In this document: piece after piece, positions 1-8,799 of the stretch
Layout: each line of letters opens with the position of its first letter
How positions within the stretch are numbered: the first letter of the stretch is position 1
Origin: Coriobacteriia bacterium
GTDB taxonomy: Bacteria > Actinomycetota > Coriobacteriia > Anaerosomatales > JAAXUF01
Direction: 5' to 3'
DNA length: 55,640 bases
NCBI GenBank assembly: GCA_013334745.1
Contig: JAAXWY010000011.1
Span: 1 to 55,640 of the forward strand
Position numbers and translations under genes: made by a program
The notes under the pieces: model-generated
Databases searched by the model: none
What the model saw: only the letters and a program-made list of their open reading frames with translations
Told to the model about the DNA's origin: nothing

Positions 1-1
1 T

Positions 2-559
2 CGCCAGTTCGGCGCCGACGAGTCGCTGGTTGCGGTTGTGCCGATTCCGGACGCGCTGCCCGCTGAAGATGTCGCCGCAGCCGAGCCGATTGCTGTCGTC
101 GAGATTGAGCCGGCACCCGACGTCGACCAAGTGGAGACCGACATCGTCGACTCCGTGGAGACCGCCGAGACCCCCGACTTCTCGGAGCTGCTCGACTCGC
201 TTGAGTCGGATGCAGCGCAGGTCGCCCCTTCAAGCATGACTCCGCCACCCCTCTACGAATCGATGCCCGATGCCGCGTTCGACTTCGATGAGGAGCTGCT
301 GCGCGAAGTCGCTCCGACGGTCGAGCCGGCGGGAGTCATCTCGACTGACTCCTTCCTCGATGACATCGGCGGTGGCGATATCGATTTCGACGGCGGCCTG
401 ACTGACGAGTTGTCGGCTCTTACGGGGGTGGGTCGACCGTCTCGACCGTCCGCGAGCGTCAATCGCATTCCCGAGAGTGGTACAGAGACACTGAGTAGGG
501 ATACGCGCGTGGATCGGGATACATTGCTCAAGATCATCGACGGTATCAAGAGTCTGTAG
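2..559 (+). CDS. Hypothetical highly acidic (D/E/A/P-rich) protein, 5'-partial. The frame is open to the window edge, and the listed start at 38 is a GTG.
   Basis: The reading frame continues without a stop from position 2. Composition is low-complexity acidic. The gene ends 15 nt upstream of the GTPase gene, so it is probably co-transcribed. No recognisable catalytic motifs. Confidence 0.4.
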   Translation, partial: RQFGADESLVAVVPIPDALPAEDVAAAEPIAVVEIEPAPDVDQVETDIVDSVETAETPDFSELLDSLESDAAQVAPSSMTPPPLYESMPDAAFDFDEELLREVAPTVEPAGVISTDSFLDDIGGGDIDFDGGLTDELSALTGVGRPSRPSASVNRIPESGTETLSRDTRVDRDTLLKIIDGIKSL

Positions 560-573
560 GGGAGTCGTCCAGG

Positions 574-1104
574 ATGCAGTCGGTCAAGGTCGTCATCACA
601 GGTCCGTTCAATGCGGGCAAGACGACGTTCATCAAGTCGGTGAGCGAGATCACGGTGCTTTCGACCGAGCGCCAGATCTCCGACGGATCCGCTGAGGGAT
701 CCGGCGAAACCACGGTCGCTATGGATTTCGGTCGTATCACGGTCTCGGATGACGTGGTGCTCTATCTCTTCGGCACGCCCGGGCAGTCGCGCTTCTCCTT
801 CATGTGGGAGACCCTCTCCGAAGGCATGCTCGGCTTCGTTCTCATCGTCGACGCGTCCGAGCCATCGACGCTCGAGGACGCGAAGGGGATGATCGACTTC
901 TTCAGAGAGATGTCGGATGTCCCCTTTGTTGTGGCCGCGAACAAGGTCGCCGCAGACGACACCGAGCAGATTCAGCAGGTTCGGGCCGACCTCGGCCTTG
1001 AGGATCGAGTTCCGCTTCTGCCCGTTGACGCGCGTAACCGGGACTCGGTGAAGGCCGTACTTCTCGGCCTGCTCTACGAGATCCTGGAGAGTATGGGCTC
1101 GTGA
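574..1104 (+). CDS. Small Ras/MglA-like GTPase of the actinobacterial conservon CvnD type, annotated in that family as an ATP/GTP-binding protein.
   Basis: P-loop GPFNAGKTT. Switch-II-like LFGTPGQ, comparable to TVPGQ in MglA. NKxD-like ANKVA. Length 176 aa. RBS-like GGGGAG lies upstream. Confidence 0.7.
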   Translation: MQSVKVVITGPFNAGKTTFIKSVSEITVLSTERQISDGSAEGSGETTVAMDFGRITVSDDVVLYLFGTPGQSRFSFMWETLSEGMLGFVLIVDASEPSTLEDAKGMIDFFREMSDVPFVVAANKVAADDTEQIQQVRADLGLEDRVPLLPVDARNRDSVKAVLLGLLYEILESMGS

Positions 1105-2357
1105 CCATGGATCCGCGGGTCCTCATACTCGGCGGCGCAACGGCACTACTGGTCATCGCGATCATCGCCACGATCTGGACGATGATCCGAGGCGGCGAAC
1201 GCTCCCACTTCGATGAGACCGCACCCCTGGCTTCAGAGGCGGAGTGGGCAGATGTGACCGCGCAAGGCGGCTCCGAATTCGACATGAGCCTCGCTGGCGT
1301 CGAGGTCACCATCGACCAGGACAGCCCGAATGCTGCGCTGTTCAGTCCGCTGCGCACGGGTGTCTGGATGCCCCCCGAGACCCCGGCGCCCGCGGAGCAC
1401 CTTCCGCCTGCGGCGCTGGATACGCGCATCGCCGCCTTCGAGGTCACCGCCGAGCGCGAACTGCGCGTACCTCAGGTGATCACGTCCGGCGAAGGCCCGA
1501 CCGAGCTGGATGCGCCGGTCGCGTACAGTGCGCCCGCTCCGGTGCTCCCGCCCATCATGCCTCCGAGTGTCACCGTGGCGACCACTCCGGAACCGCAGTC
1601 GGATGCACCTGTGGAGAGTCAGTCGCCTCTGACTCGGCTGCTCAGCGTTCCGGAGGTAGGGCGTGCCGACGCGGACCCCGTGCCGCAACCGGCCGGCGTC
1701 GCAACGTACGAGCCGGTTGCAGAGGATCCGGAGCCCCTCGAGGCGGTCGTCGCGGTGGCCGCGCCGAATCCGGAGCCTGTCGCGTGGGTGTCGCCGCTGG
1801 GCGCCCCCGACGCGGACGGCATCCTGGTTCTTCCCTTCGCACCTTCGGGCGACGCCTCCTTTGAACAAGTGGTGGCGGCGCCGGATCGCGTTGAGGTCGT
1901 TGAGCCGCGCACCCAGAGCGCAGACGAGGCGCTTGAGGATCGGGAGCAGCTTGTCTGGGAGCCCCCGACGGTCTCAGAGGTGGGCGCATCCCCGGCCGTG
2001 TCCGAATCGCCGAAGCCGCAACCGGAGCCGCAGCCGCAACCTGAGCCGCAGCCGTTGCTGGAGAACCCGGCGGTCCACTCCGCTGAGGATGATCTTCCTG
2101 CCCGCCCACGCGCCGTGGTGCATACGGTCGACCTCAGCGCTGCCCCACCCGCCGAGACCAAACTGGGTCCGTTGGCCGGCGCCTCGGCGGTTTCCACCGA
2201 AGGCCCGCCGTCCGACTATGAACTCGTGGCTCCGATCGAGATGTGGTTCGGCGACCATCGGGTTGGCGTGAAGGCCGGCACGGCGACTCACGATCGATTC
2301 AGACGATACGCGGACGCTCTGCTCGAGGACCTTCGGTCCGCAACGGATGACGCCTGA
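1101..2357 (+). CDS. Membrane-anchored Pro/Ala/Glu-rich protein with a single N-terminal TM helix and a long disordered region.
   Basis: GTGA overlap with the GTPase gene stop. TM segment LILGGATALLVIAIIATIWTMI near the N-terminus. Extended P/A/E-rich sequence including a (PQPE)n repeat. The ORF is uninterrupted for 418 aa. Confidence 0.5.
   Translation: MTMDPRVLILGGATALLVIAIIATIWTMIRGGERSHFDETAPLASEAEWADVTAQGGSEFDMSLAGVEVTIDQDSPNAALFSPLRTGVWMPPETPAPAEHLPPAALDTRIAAFEVTAERELRVPQVITSGEGPTELDAPVAYSAPAPVLPPIMPPSVTVATTPEPQSDAPVESQSPLTRLLSVPEVGRADADPVPQPAGVATYEPVAEDPEPLEAVVAVAAPNPEPVAWVSPLGAPDADGILVLPFAPSGDASFEQVVAAPDRVEVVEPRTQSADEALEDREQLVWEPPTVSEVGASPAVSESPKPQPEPQPQPEPQPLLENPAVHSAEDDLPARPRAVVHTVDLSAAPPAETKLGPLAGASAVSTEGPPSDYELVAPIEMWFGDHRVGVKAGTATHDRFRRYADALLEDLRSATDDA
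2011..2056 (+). repeat. Coding microsatellite-like repeat ccg-aag-ccg-caa-ccg-gag-ccg-cag... encoding PKPQPEPQPQPEPQP.
   Basis: Direct reading of the sequence: imperfect 6-nt repeat units (ccgcag/ccggag). Confidence 0.5.
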
Positions 2358-2366
2358 GGTGGTCAG

Positions 2367-2395
2367 GTGTCACCGGGCCTCAATCGTCGTATGAT
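2367..2395 (+). promoter_or_regulatory. Candidate sigma70-type promoter for the pilB operon: GTGTCA, a 17-nt spacer, then TATGAT.
   Basis: The -35-like GTGTCA is at 2367..2372. The -10 TATGAT is at 2390..2395, followed by GG. It lies about 65 nt upstream of the pilB ATG at 2460. Confidence 0.3.
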
Positions 2396-2459
2396 GGTTG
2401 CGCGCGCTGGGGGCTTCACGATCGAGTGCGCGTCTCCGCAGTCGTAGAAGAGGTCGTAG

Positions 2460-4133
2460 ATGGCGGAAGCGAGACAGCGGCTCGGCGCACTGCTCATGCG
2501 AGCAGGGATTGTCACCGAGAAGCAACTCAACGATGCGCTCGAAGTGCATCGCGCGACCGGCAGCCCGCTCGGGCGCATCCTTGTTGACCTTGGATACGCG
2601 ACCCAAGGCGCCATCCTGTCGGTCATGGCGCATCAGATCGGCATCGAGTACATCGATTTCGCCGAGGTGCGGCCTGAGCCTGCCGCCGTCTGTCTCGTCT
2701 CGCGTGAGATGGCGAGTCGCTACATCCTGATGCCGATTGAGATTCGCGACGATCATCTGGTCGTTGCGATGGCCGATCCGCAGAACGTCCTCGCGCTGGA
2801 TGACCTGCGCATAATCACGAACTACGAGATCAGGCCCGCGATCTCGACGAAGGACGATATCGTCGCAGCCATCGAGCAGTACTACCGAGAGGCAGAGTCC
2901 GAGGAAAGCGACCTGTTCCACGGCACGGACGAGCTGAGCAACGACGATCTCGCGGGATTGACCGAGGTCGAGAGCGAAGCGCCGGCGGTCAAGCTGGTGA
3001 ACTACATCATTCAGAAAGCGGTCGCCGACAGGGCTTCCGATATTCACATCGAGCCGCAGGAGCACGATCTTCGTGTTCGATTCCGCATCGACGGTGTGCT
3101 TCACGAAGCGATGCAGCCCGCACCGAAGTCGATCCAGACGTCGATCATCTCGCGGCTCAAGATCATGTCTGAGCTCGATATAGCCGAGTCGCGCAAACCG
3201 CAGGACGGGCACTGCGCGGTCGTGGTGTCAGGTCACACCGTCGACTTCCGTGTGTCCACTCTACCCACGGTCTACGGCGAGCGAGTCGTTCTCAGGATCC
3301 TTCGCAAGGACGCGATTCTGCTCGAGCTCAAGGACCTCGGGTTCTTGCCGTCGTCGCTTGATCGCTTCCAGTCGGCCTTCTCGAAACCCTACGGCACAGT
3401 TCTCGTGACCGGGCCCACGGGGTCGGGCAAGTCGACATCGCTCTATGCCGCCATCAACGTACTCAATGACCCGGCGAGGCACATCATCACAGCCGAGGAC
3501 CCCGTCGAGTATCGACTGCCCGGAGTCAATCAATGCCAGGTCAACTCCCGAGCCGGACTCACCTTCGCGCGAGCGCTGCGCTCCTTCCTGCGCTGCTCAC
3601 CCGACATCATCCTCATCGGTGAGATTCGCGATCAGGAGACGGCTCAAATCGCCATCGAGTCGGCGCTCACCGGTCACCTCGTGCTTTCAACACTCCACAC
3701 GAACGACTCGGCCGGCGCCGTCACCCGACTCATAGAGATGGGCGTCGAGCCGTTCCTGGTCTCATCTGCGGTTGACTGCGTTCTTGCCCAGCGCCTTGCG
3801 CGCAAGCTGTGCGGCGACTGCAAGCAGGAGTGGCGCCCGAAGTCGGAAGTGCTCATAGACGCGGGCTACGATGCCGATAATCTCCCGGAGGCCGTGTATC
3901 GCGCCGTCGGCTGCAAGAAGTGCGGCGGCACCGGTTACCGCGGCCGGATCGGTGTGCACGAAGTCCTCATGATGTCCGAGGAGATCAGTAAGCTGTGTGT
4001 TGAGGAGGCGACTTCTGAAGCCATTCGCGAAGTCGCGATCTCACAGGGCATGCGAACGTTGAGGCAAGACGGTCTTGAGAAGGTCCGCATGGGCCAGACG
4101 TCGATAGAAGAGGTCGTCCGGGTCATCGTATAG
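2460..4133 (+). CDS. pilB: Type IV pilus assembly (extension) ATPase PilB/GspE.
   Basis: N-terminal GspE_N-like domain. Walker A GPTGSGKST. Asp/His boxes. C-terminal tetracysteine CGDC...CKKCGG. Length 557 aa. Confidence 0.9.
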   Translation: MAEARQRLGALLMRAGIVTEKQLNDALEVHRATGSPLGRILVDLGYATQGAILSVMAHQIGIEYIDFAEVRPEPAAVCLVSREMASRYILMPIEIRDDHLVVAMADPQNVLALDDLRIITNYEIRPAISTKDDIVAAIEQYYREAESEESDLFHGTDELSNDDLAGLTEVESEAPAVKLVNYIIQKAVADRASDIHIEPQEHDLRVRFRIDGVLHEAMQPAPKSIQTSIISRLKIMSELDIAESRKPQDGHCAVVVSGHTVDFRVSTLPTVYGERVVLRILRKDAILLELKDLGFLPSSLDRFQSAFSKPYGTVLVTGPTGSGKSTSLYAAINVLNDPARHIITAEDPVEYRLPGVNQCQVNSRAGLTFARALRSFLRCSPDIILIGEIRDQETAQIAIESALTGHLVLSTLHTNDSAGAVTRLIEMGVEPFLVSSAVDCVLAQRLARKLCGDCKQEWRPKSEVLIDAGYDADNLPEAVYRAVGCKKCGGTGYRGRIGVHEVLMMSEEISKLCVEEATSEAIREVAISQGMRTLRQDGLEKVRMGQTSIEEVVRVIV

Positions 4134-4159
4134 CTCGGCAGCGAGCAGCTGTCGCAGGA

Positions 4160-5380
4160 TTGGGGGTCATCATGGCGACGTATGTGTACTCGGTTCGTGA
4201 CAAGGCCGGCAAGGTCGTCAAGGGCAAGCTCGAAGGCGACAGCAAAGAGGCCGTTCAGAATCGGCTGGCCCAGATGGGCTATATCATCCTCGAGCTCGAC
4301 ACGCAGGGCGGCTTCGCCGCCTTGAATGACATCCAGTTCGCTTCATCGGTCAAACCCAAGGAAGTCGCCATCTTCGCGCGGCAGTTCGCGACGATGATCA
4401 GCGCGGGCCTCTCGCTTACGAAGTGTCTCTCGATCCTGTCGGCCCAAACCGAAAGTGCGGCACTTCGGGTCGTCATCACGCAGATAGGCAAGGATGTCGA
4501 GGCCGGGCAGTCGCTGTCCGATGCCCTCGGCAAGCACCCAAAGGTGTTCCCGGCCATCTTCGTGAACATGGTTCGTGCAGGTGAGACGGGTGGTGTGCTC
4601 GACGAGGTGCTCAGCCGCCTCGCCGATCACCTCGAGTCCGAGCAGGCGCTCAAGAACAAGATCAAGTCGGCGATGACCTACCCGATTGCAATGGGCGGGC
4701 TTGTCCTCGTTGTCTTGGCGGCCATGATGATCTTCGTCGTGCCGACGTTCGAGAAGATGTTCACCGATATGGGCGGGAAGCTTCCGGCGATCACGCAGAT
4801 GCTCGTCGATGTATCCCACCTCGTGACGAGCGTGTGGGGAATCGCACTGGCCGTAGGCATCTTCGCCGCCGTTTCGCTGTTCAAGTGGTGGTCGGCCGGA
4901 CCGGGAAAGACAATATGGGACGGCGCGAAGCTCAACATGCCCGTATTCGGACCGCTGACCCGCAAGATCGCCCTCGCGAAGTTCACTCGGACCTTCGGCA
5001 CCTTGGTCTCAGCGGGCGTACCGATCCTCTCCGCGCTGGATATCGTCGCGGATACCTCGGGCAACGAAGTTGTCGCCAACGCCGTGAAGCACGCACGCAA
5101 TGCAATCAAGGAAGGCGAGACGATCGCGAAGCCGCTCTCCGAATCGAAGGTATTCCCGTCGATGCTCGTTCAGATGATCGCGGTCGGCGAGGAGACCGGT
5201 GCGCTCGACGCGATGCTCAACAAGATCGCCGACTTCTACGATGAAGAGGTCGCCGTCGCTACGGACGGTCTCACGTCACTCATCGAGCCGCTCATGATGG
5301 CGTCGCTCGGCGTGATCGTCGGCGGCATGGTCATCGCGCTGTACCTCCCGATGTTTCAGGTCATCACGCTCGTCAACTAG
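4160..5380 (+). CDS. pilC: Type IV pilus platform protein PilC/GspF.
   Basis: 406 aa polytopic protein with duplicated GspF-like domains. Located immediately downstream of pilB. Confidence 0.9.
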   Translation: MGVIMATYVYSVRDKAGKVVKGKLEGDSKEAVQNRLAQMGYIILELDTQGGFAALNDIQFASSVKPKEVAIFARQFATMISAGLSLTKCLSILSAQTESAALRVVITQIGKDVEAGQSLSDALGKHPKVFPAIFVNMVRAGETGGVLDEVLSRLADHLESEQALKNKIKSAMTYPIAMGGLVLVVLAAMMIFVVPTFEKMFTDMGGKLPAITQMLVDVSHLVTSVWGIALAVGIFAAVSLFKWWSAGPGKTIWDGAKLNMPVFGPLTRKIALAKFTRTFGTLVSAGVPILSALDIVADTSGNEVVANAVKHARNAIKEGETIAKPLSESKVFPSMLVQMIAVGEETGALDAMLNKIADFYDEEVAVATDGLTSLIEPLMMASLGVIVGGMVIALYLPMFQVITLVN

Positions 5381-5560
5381 TCGTTCAATTCAGCAGGACA
5401 GGCTGTCGACGCGTTGGTCGGCGCCTTGGATGACTGAGTTTGTGTTCATTGATCACAGGGAACACAACTCATATCGGATGTGTCGGGGGAGCGTCCTGAG
5501 AACTTGCTAAGAAAGTTCTAAAGTCCACGCTCGGGGCACCGATACACTACTTGTCAGGGT

Positions 5561-5579
5561 TGGGAGCAAAAGGCTCCCA
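5561..5579 (+). promoter_or_regulatory. Perfect 7-bp-stem hairpin TGGGAGC-aaaag-GCTCCCA, 35 nt upstream of the pilA1 start codon.
   Basis: The inverted repeat is visible directly in the sequence. It lies in the 233-nt pilC-pilA1 intergenic region. No U-tract follows. Confidence 0.3.
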
Positions 5580-5613
5580 CAATCCCCAGTAGGGGGGAAG
5601 GAGGTGCGGGGTC

Positions 5614-5961
5614 ATGAAGATGTTCCGTAAGGACGAGGGCTTCACACTCGTGGAACTCATGGTCGTCGTGCTCATTATCGGTATTCTTGTTGCTATCGCT
5701 ATTCCGGTCTTCAATGCTGCAAAGGCCAACGCCCAGAAGAAGTCGTGCTTCGCGAACCAGCGCACGATCGAGGGTGCGGCACAGACCTACGCCGCCGACA
5801 ACGACGGTACGCTTCCTGCAAGCCCGGCTGCGCTGACGCCGACCTACATCAAGGTCGCGCCGTTCTGCCCGGCTGACGCCTCGAAGGCCGCGTACTCGTT
5901 CGGTACGAGTGGCACCGTCGCTGCTTGCGGCTACGGGGATCCGGTTCACGGTCACTTCTAG
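5614..5961 (+). CDS. pilA: Type IVa major pilin (prepilin).
   Basis: Class III signal: MKMFRKDEG|FTLVELMVVV, with G at -1, F at +1 and E at +5. Hydrophobic alpha1 helix. C-terminal Cys pair (D-region). Strong RBS GGAGGTG. Length 115 aa. Confidence 0.85.
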   Translation: MKMFRKDEGFTLVELMVVVLIIGILVAIAIPVFNAAKANAQKKSCFANQRTIEGAAQTYAADNDGTLPASPAALTPTYIKVAPFCPADASKAAYSFGTSGTVAACGYGDPVHGHF

Positions 5962-5995
5962 GCCGACCGAGTTCCATCCAAGCACGAAGCCCTCA

Positions 5996-6020
5996 GGGCC
6001 GGCAGCTAAGCTGCCGGCCC
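5996..6020 (+). terminator. Strong GC-rich hairpin GGGCCGGCAGC-taa-GCTGCCGGCCC downstream of pilA1. A second, weaker CCGCC/GGCGG hairpin follows.
   Basis: Perfect 11-bp stem with a 3-nt loop beginning 35 nt after the pilA1 stop. A weak T follows, which is typical of high-GC intrinsic terminators. Confidence 0.5.
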
Positions 6021-6070
6021 TGTCGCATGCCCCGGGCCGCCTTTGGGGCGGCACTCGCGCGTTCACACGC

Positions 6071-6079
6071 TAGAATGGG
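6071..6079 (+). promoter_or_regulatory. Candidate -10 element TAGAATGGG upstream of pilD.
   Basis: TAnnnT -10 followed by a G-rich discriminator. The identical 9-mer recurs at 14009. Confidence 0.25.
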
Positions 6080-6123
6080 CGCGTACCCGCGACTTGGAGT
6101 GAATCCTGAACATCTTCTTCAAC

Positions 6124-6924
6124 ATGTGTGCCTTCGCGTTCGGGCTCATCTTCGGCTCGTTCGGCAACGTCGTGATCTGGCGGTTTCCGAGAGGCGAGTC
6201 ACTGTCGACACCCGGCTCGCATTGCCCCGTGTGCGACACCGCCATCGCCTGGTATGACAACGTCCCCGTTCTTTCGTGGATGCTGCTGCGCGGACGTTGC
6301 CGTGCGTGTGGGACGAAGATCTCTGCACGATATCCGGCAGTCGAGCTGCTGACCGGTGTTCTATGGCTTCTGGCGGCCATCCAGTTCGGCCCGACGGTCC
6401 AAGCTGGCTTCTGCGCCGCGTTCTTCTACCTTCTGGTGCTTCTGGCATTCATCGACTTGGACATAAAGCGTCTGCCCAACCCGCTTGTCGGGCTGCTCGC
6501 GCTCATCGGTGCGGTAGGCGTCGGGCTCTCACTCTTCGGTATCCCGGCGGCTCCGCTCATCGGTCCGGGCGGCGGGGTCTTGTCAAACCCGGCCGCGTTC
6601 GCTGTCGCGGGTTCGCTCTCGTCTGCAGGGCTCGTTCTGTTCATCGCACTTGCGTATCAGAAGGTGCGTGGCGTGGACGGATTCGGGATGGGAGACGTCA
6701 AACTGCTCGGGGCGATCGGTCTGTTCCTCGGCCCATATGCGCTGCTGACACTCTTCATCGGAAGCCTCATCGGGGCGGTGTATGGCTTGATCTCGGCTCG
6801 GACTTCACCGGATGGGCTGCGAAACACGTTTCCGTTCGGGCCTGCTCTGGCGGCCTCGGCCGTGATTGTGACGTTTGTCGGCGTGCCCCTCGTCGCTTGG
6901 TACCTGCACATCCTCACGTTCTAG
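6124..6924 (+). CDS. pilD: Prepilin peptidase and N-methyltransferase, A24 family.
   Basis: Zinc-binding CPVCDTAIAWYDNVPVLSWMLLRGRCRACG (C-x-x-C...C-x-x-C). Polytopic membrane protein. Length 266 aa. Confidence 0.85.
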   Translation: MCAFAFGLIFGSFGNVVIWRFPRGESLSTPGSHCPVCDTAIAWYDNVPVLSWMLLRGRCRACGTKISARYPAVELLTGVLWLLAAIQFGPTVQAGFCAAFFYLLVLLAFIDLDIKRLPNPLVGLLALIGAVGVGLSLFGIPAAPLIGPGGGVLSNPAAFAVAGSLSSAGLVLFIALAYQKVRGVDGFGMGDVKLLGAIGLFLGPYALLTLFIGSLIGAVYGLISARTSPDGLRNTFPFGPALAASAVIVTFVGVPLVAWYLHILTF

Positions 6925-6939
6925 GTGTGTGCGCTCGGT

Positions 6940-6953
6940 CACACGCGCGTGTG
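6940..6953. repeat. Perfect 14-bp palindrome CACACGCGCGTGTG immediately after pilD.
   Basis: Seen directly in the sequence. It could be a hairpin or a dimeric binding site in the pilD-pilA2 spacer. Confidence 0.3.
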
Positions 6954-7051
6954 CCTGGCTCCTCCAGACCTCTGTATCGCCTGACGATAATCGAGCCGTA
7001 ACATCTCGACGATCCGAGTCAGCGACGGAAGGAGATAGGAGGGTTGAACAC

Positions 7052-7411
7052 ATGCAGAAGTGCACAGCAGACGAGGGATTCACACTCCTCGAGATCATGG
7101 TCATCGTACTCATCGTCGGGATTCTTGTGGGGATCGCCATTCCGGTACTCGGCGCCGCCAAGGCCAACGCCCAGATGAAGTCGTGTTGGGCGAACCAGCG
7201 CTCCATCGAGGGCGCAGCGCAGACGTACGCGTCCGTGAACGGCGCAATGCCTGCCGGAGGTGCGGTTGACGGCGCAGGATGGGCGGTTCCCGTGTACATC
7301 GCTGAAGCGCCGATATGTCCGTGCGACGCCGCGATGAACCCGTATGAGATCGATGACCAGGGCACGGTAGTCAGTTGCTCGATGGGAGCGCCGGCCCACC
7401 AGCACTACTAA
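7052..7411 (+). CDS. Second type IVa pilin, paralog of pilA1.
   Basis: MQKCTADEG|FTLLEIMVIV, with G at -1, F at +1 and E at +5. RBS GGAGG is 8 nt upstream. Shares ANQR[ST]IEGAAQTYA and the C-terminal CPxD...HxH[FY] motifs with pilA1. Confidence 0.85.
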   Translation: MQKCTADEGFTLLEIMVIVLIVGILVGIAIPVLGAAKANAQMKSCWANQRSIEGAAQTYASVNGAMPAGGAVDGAGWAVPVYIAEAPICPCDAAMNPYEIDDQGTVVSCSMGAPAHQHY

Positions 7412-7659
7412 GTTCATTCACACGAGTGAAGGCCGCAGGGCTTTCGCACTACAGCCGAAGCCACGAAGTGACGATACTCTGCGCAGAAGCCCGGAAGCCA
7501 CCGACCCACGGTTCCGAGAAGATGCATGAGCGAGTCCGATTCGTGGCTTGGCTGTTTTCGGGGCTGGTGGGGACTTGACGAGCATGATTGCGATACACTC
7601 TGTGGTATCATTTCCACGGGTCATTCGTCACAGTAGTAGTCGTGGATTTGTTGTAGCAG

Positions 7660-8799
7660 TTGAGGGAGGACGCGTTGGCCCCGGTATCGTTCGGTGCCGC
7701 ACTACCGCCTGTCGGTCTGGACATCGGGACCGACTTCATCCGCGCCGCGCAGATCAAGGCCGGCGGTGCTTCGCATTCACTGACCGCGTACGGGATTGCG
7801 CCGATGCCTTTCGGTGCGGTCGTTGAAGGCGAAGTCGTGGATCCCGAAGCCGTTTCCGCGGCCATCAAGGAGTTGTGGCACCGCAGCGGCGTGCGCAACA
7901 AGTCGGTTGCTGTCGGGGTCTCGAACCAGAAGGTCGTCGTTCGCCTAGTCGACCTGCCGTACATGGAGCGCGCCGAACTCGCGGGTGCGATTCAGTACCA
8001 AGCCCAAGACTACATCCCGATTCCGATCGAGGAAGCGATCATCGACTTCCAGATCATCGGTGACTACATGACCCCGGCTGACGAGCACATGATGGAAGTT
8101 CTCCTCGTCGCGGCCCAGCGGGACATGATCGGCAACATCGTCTCCGCGGTCGAAGGCGCCGGTCTTCAGCTCGCGCAGGTCGACGTCACGGCATTCGCGC
8201 TGGTTCGCGCCCTGCTGGGGGCCACCCCTAAGTGGCTCTCCGAGGAGGCCGAGAACCCGGCTGAGGCCGTGGGTATCGTCCACATCAGTTCCGGGCTGAC
8301 GAACATCGCGGTCGTGGAGCGTGGGCTTCCGCGTTTCACTCGCGTGTCATCGCTTGCCGCAAACCAGTTCACGCAAGCGATTGCCAACGTCATGAATCTG
8401 ACGTTTGACGAAGCCGAGAACCTTAAGGCCAGGGCGGGGCTGCCCGATATCGATCAGCCGGCCGAGTCGCACCCGGATCTCGATGCCGCCACGCTCTCCG
8501 CGGTGCAGGATGCGCTCGAGCGCGAAGCGAACAAGTTCATCGCCGAGGTTCGCAGGTCATTTGACTACTATCTCACCCAGGCCGTGCAGGTTCGAAGCAT
8601 CGGTCGGATCTACCTCACAGGCACCGGGGCCGAGCTTCGGAACCTGCCCGTGTACCTCGGACGCGGTCTCCAGACCGAGGTCGTGCTGGGGGACGCGCTG
8701 GCCGGGTTGCAGATGAGCGGCTCAGTCGAGTCCTCCGTGCTGCCGGATCGCGCGGGCTGTGCTGCAGCGATCGGCTTGGCGCTGGGAGGGGTGGTGTAG
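7660..8799 (+). CDS. pilM: Type IV pilus assembly protein PilM, an actin-like ATPase fold protein.
   Basis: LDIGTDFIRAAQ N-terminal sugar-kinase/actin fold motif. The stop abuts the pilN ATG. The true start may be the TTG at 7675, which follows a GGGAGG RBS. Confidence 0.85.
   Translation: MREDALAPVSFGAALPPVGLDIGTDFIRAAQIKAGGASHSLTAYGIAPMPFGAVVEGEVVDPEAVSAAIKELWHRSGVRNKSVAVGVSNQKVVVRLVDLPYMERAELAGAIQYQAQDYIPIPIEEAIIDFQIIGDYMTPADEHMMEVLLVAAQRDMIGNIVSAVEGAGLQLAQVDVTAFALVRALLGATPKWLSEEAENPAEAVGIVHISSGLTNIAVVERGLPRFTRVSSLAANQFTQAIANVMNLTFDEAENLKARAGLPDIDQPAESHPDLDAATLSAVQDALEREANKFIAEVRRSFDYYLTQAVQVRSIGRIYLTGTGAELRNLPVYLGRGLQTEVVLGDALAGLQMSGSVESSVLPDRAGCAAAIGLALGGVV

Noticed and set aside
1233-2197. 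Several long ORFs on both strands (1233..1868 -, 1244..1864 +, 1619..2197 -, 1642..2109 -) inside the Pro-rich gene.
   Set aside because: These are GC-rich shadow ORFs with Arg/Gly/Pro-rich nonsense translations. They overlap a gene that has a better start (GTGA coupling to the GTPase) and coherent sequence features.
5381-5613. Looked for a sigma54 (TGGCAC-N5-TTGC) promoter upstream of the major pilin, as in many T4a pilin genes.
   Set aside because: No acceptable -24/-12 match found by eye. Only the hairpin at 5561..5579 stands out.
6276-7001. 241-aa ORF in the +1 frame overlapping pilD.
   Set aside because: Arg/Cys-rich low-complexity translation. The frame with the PilD zinc-finger motifs and TM helices is clearly the real gene.
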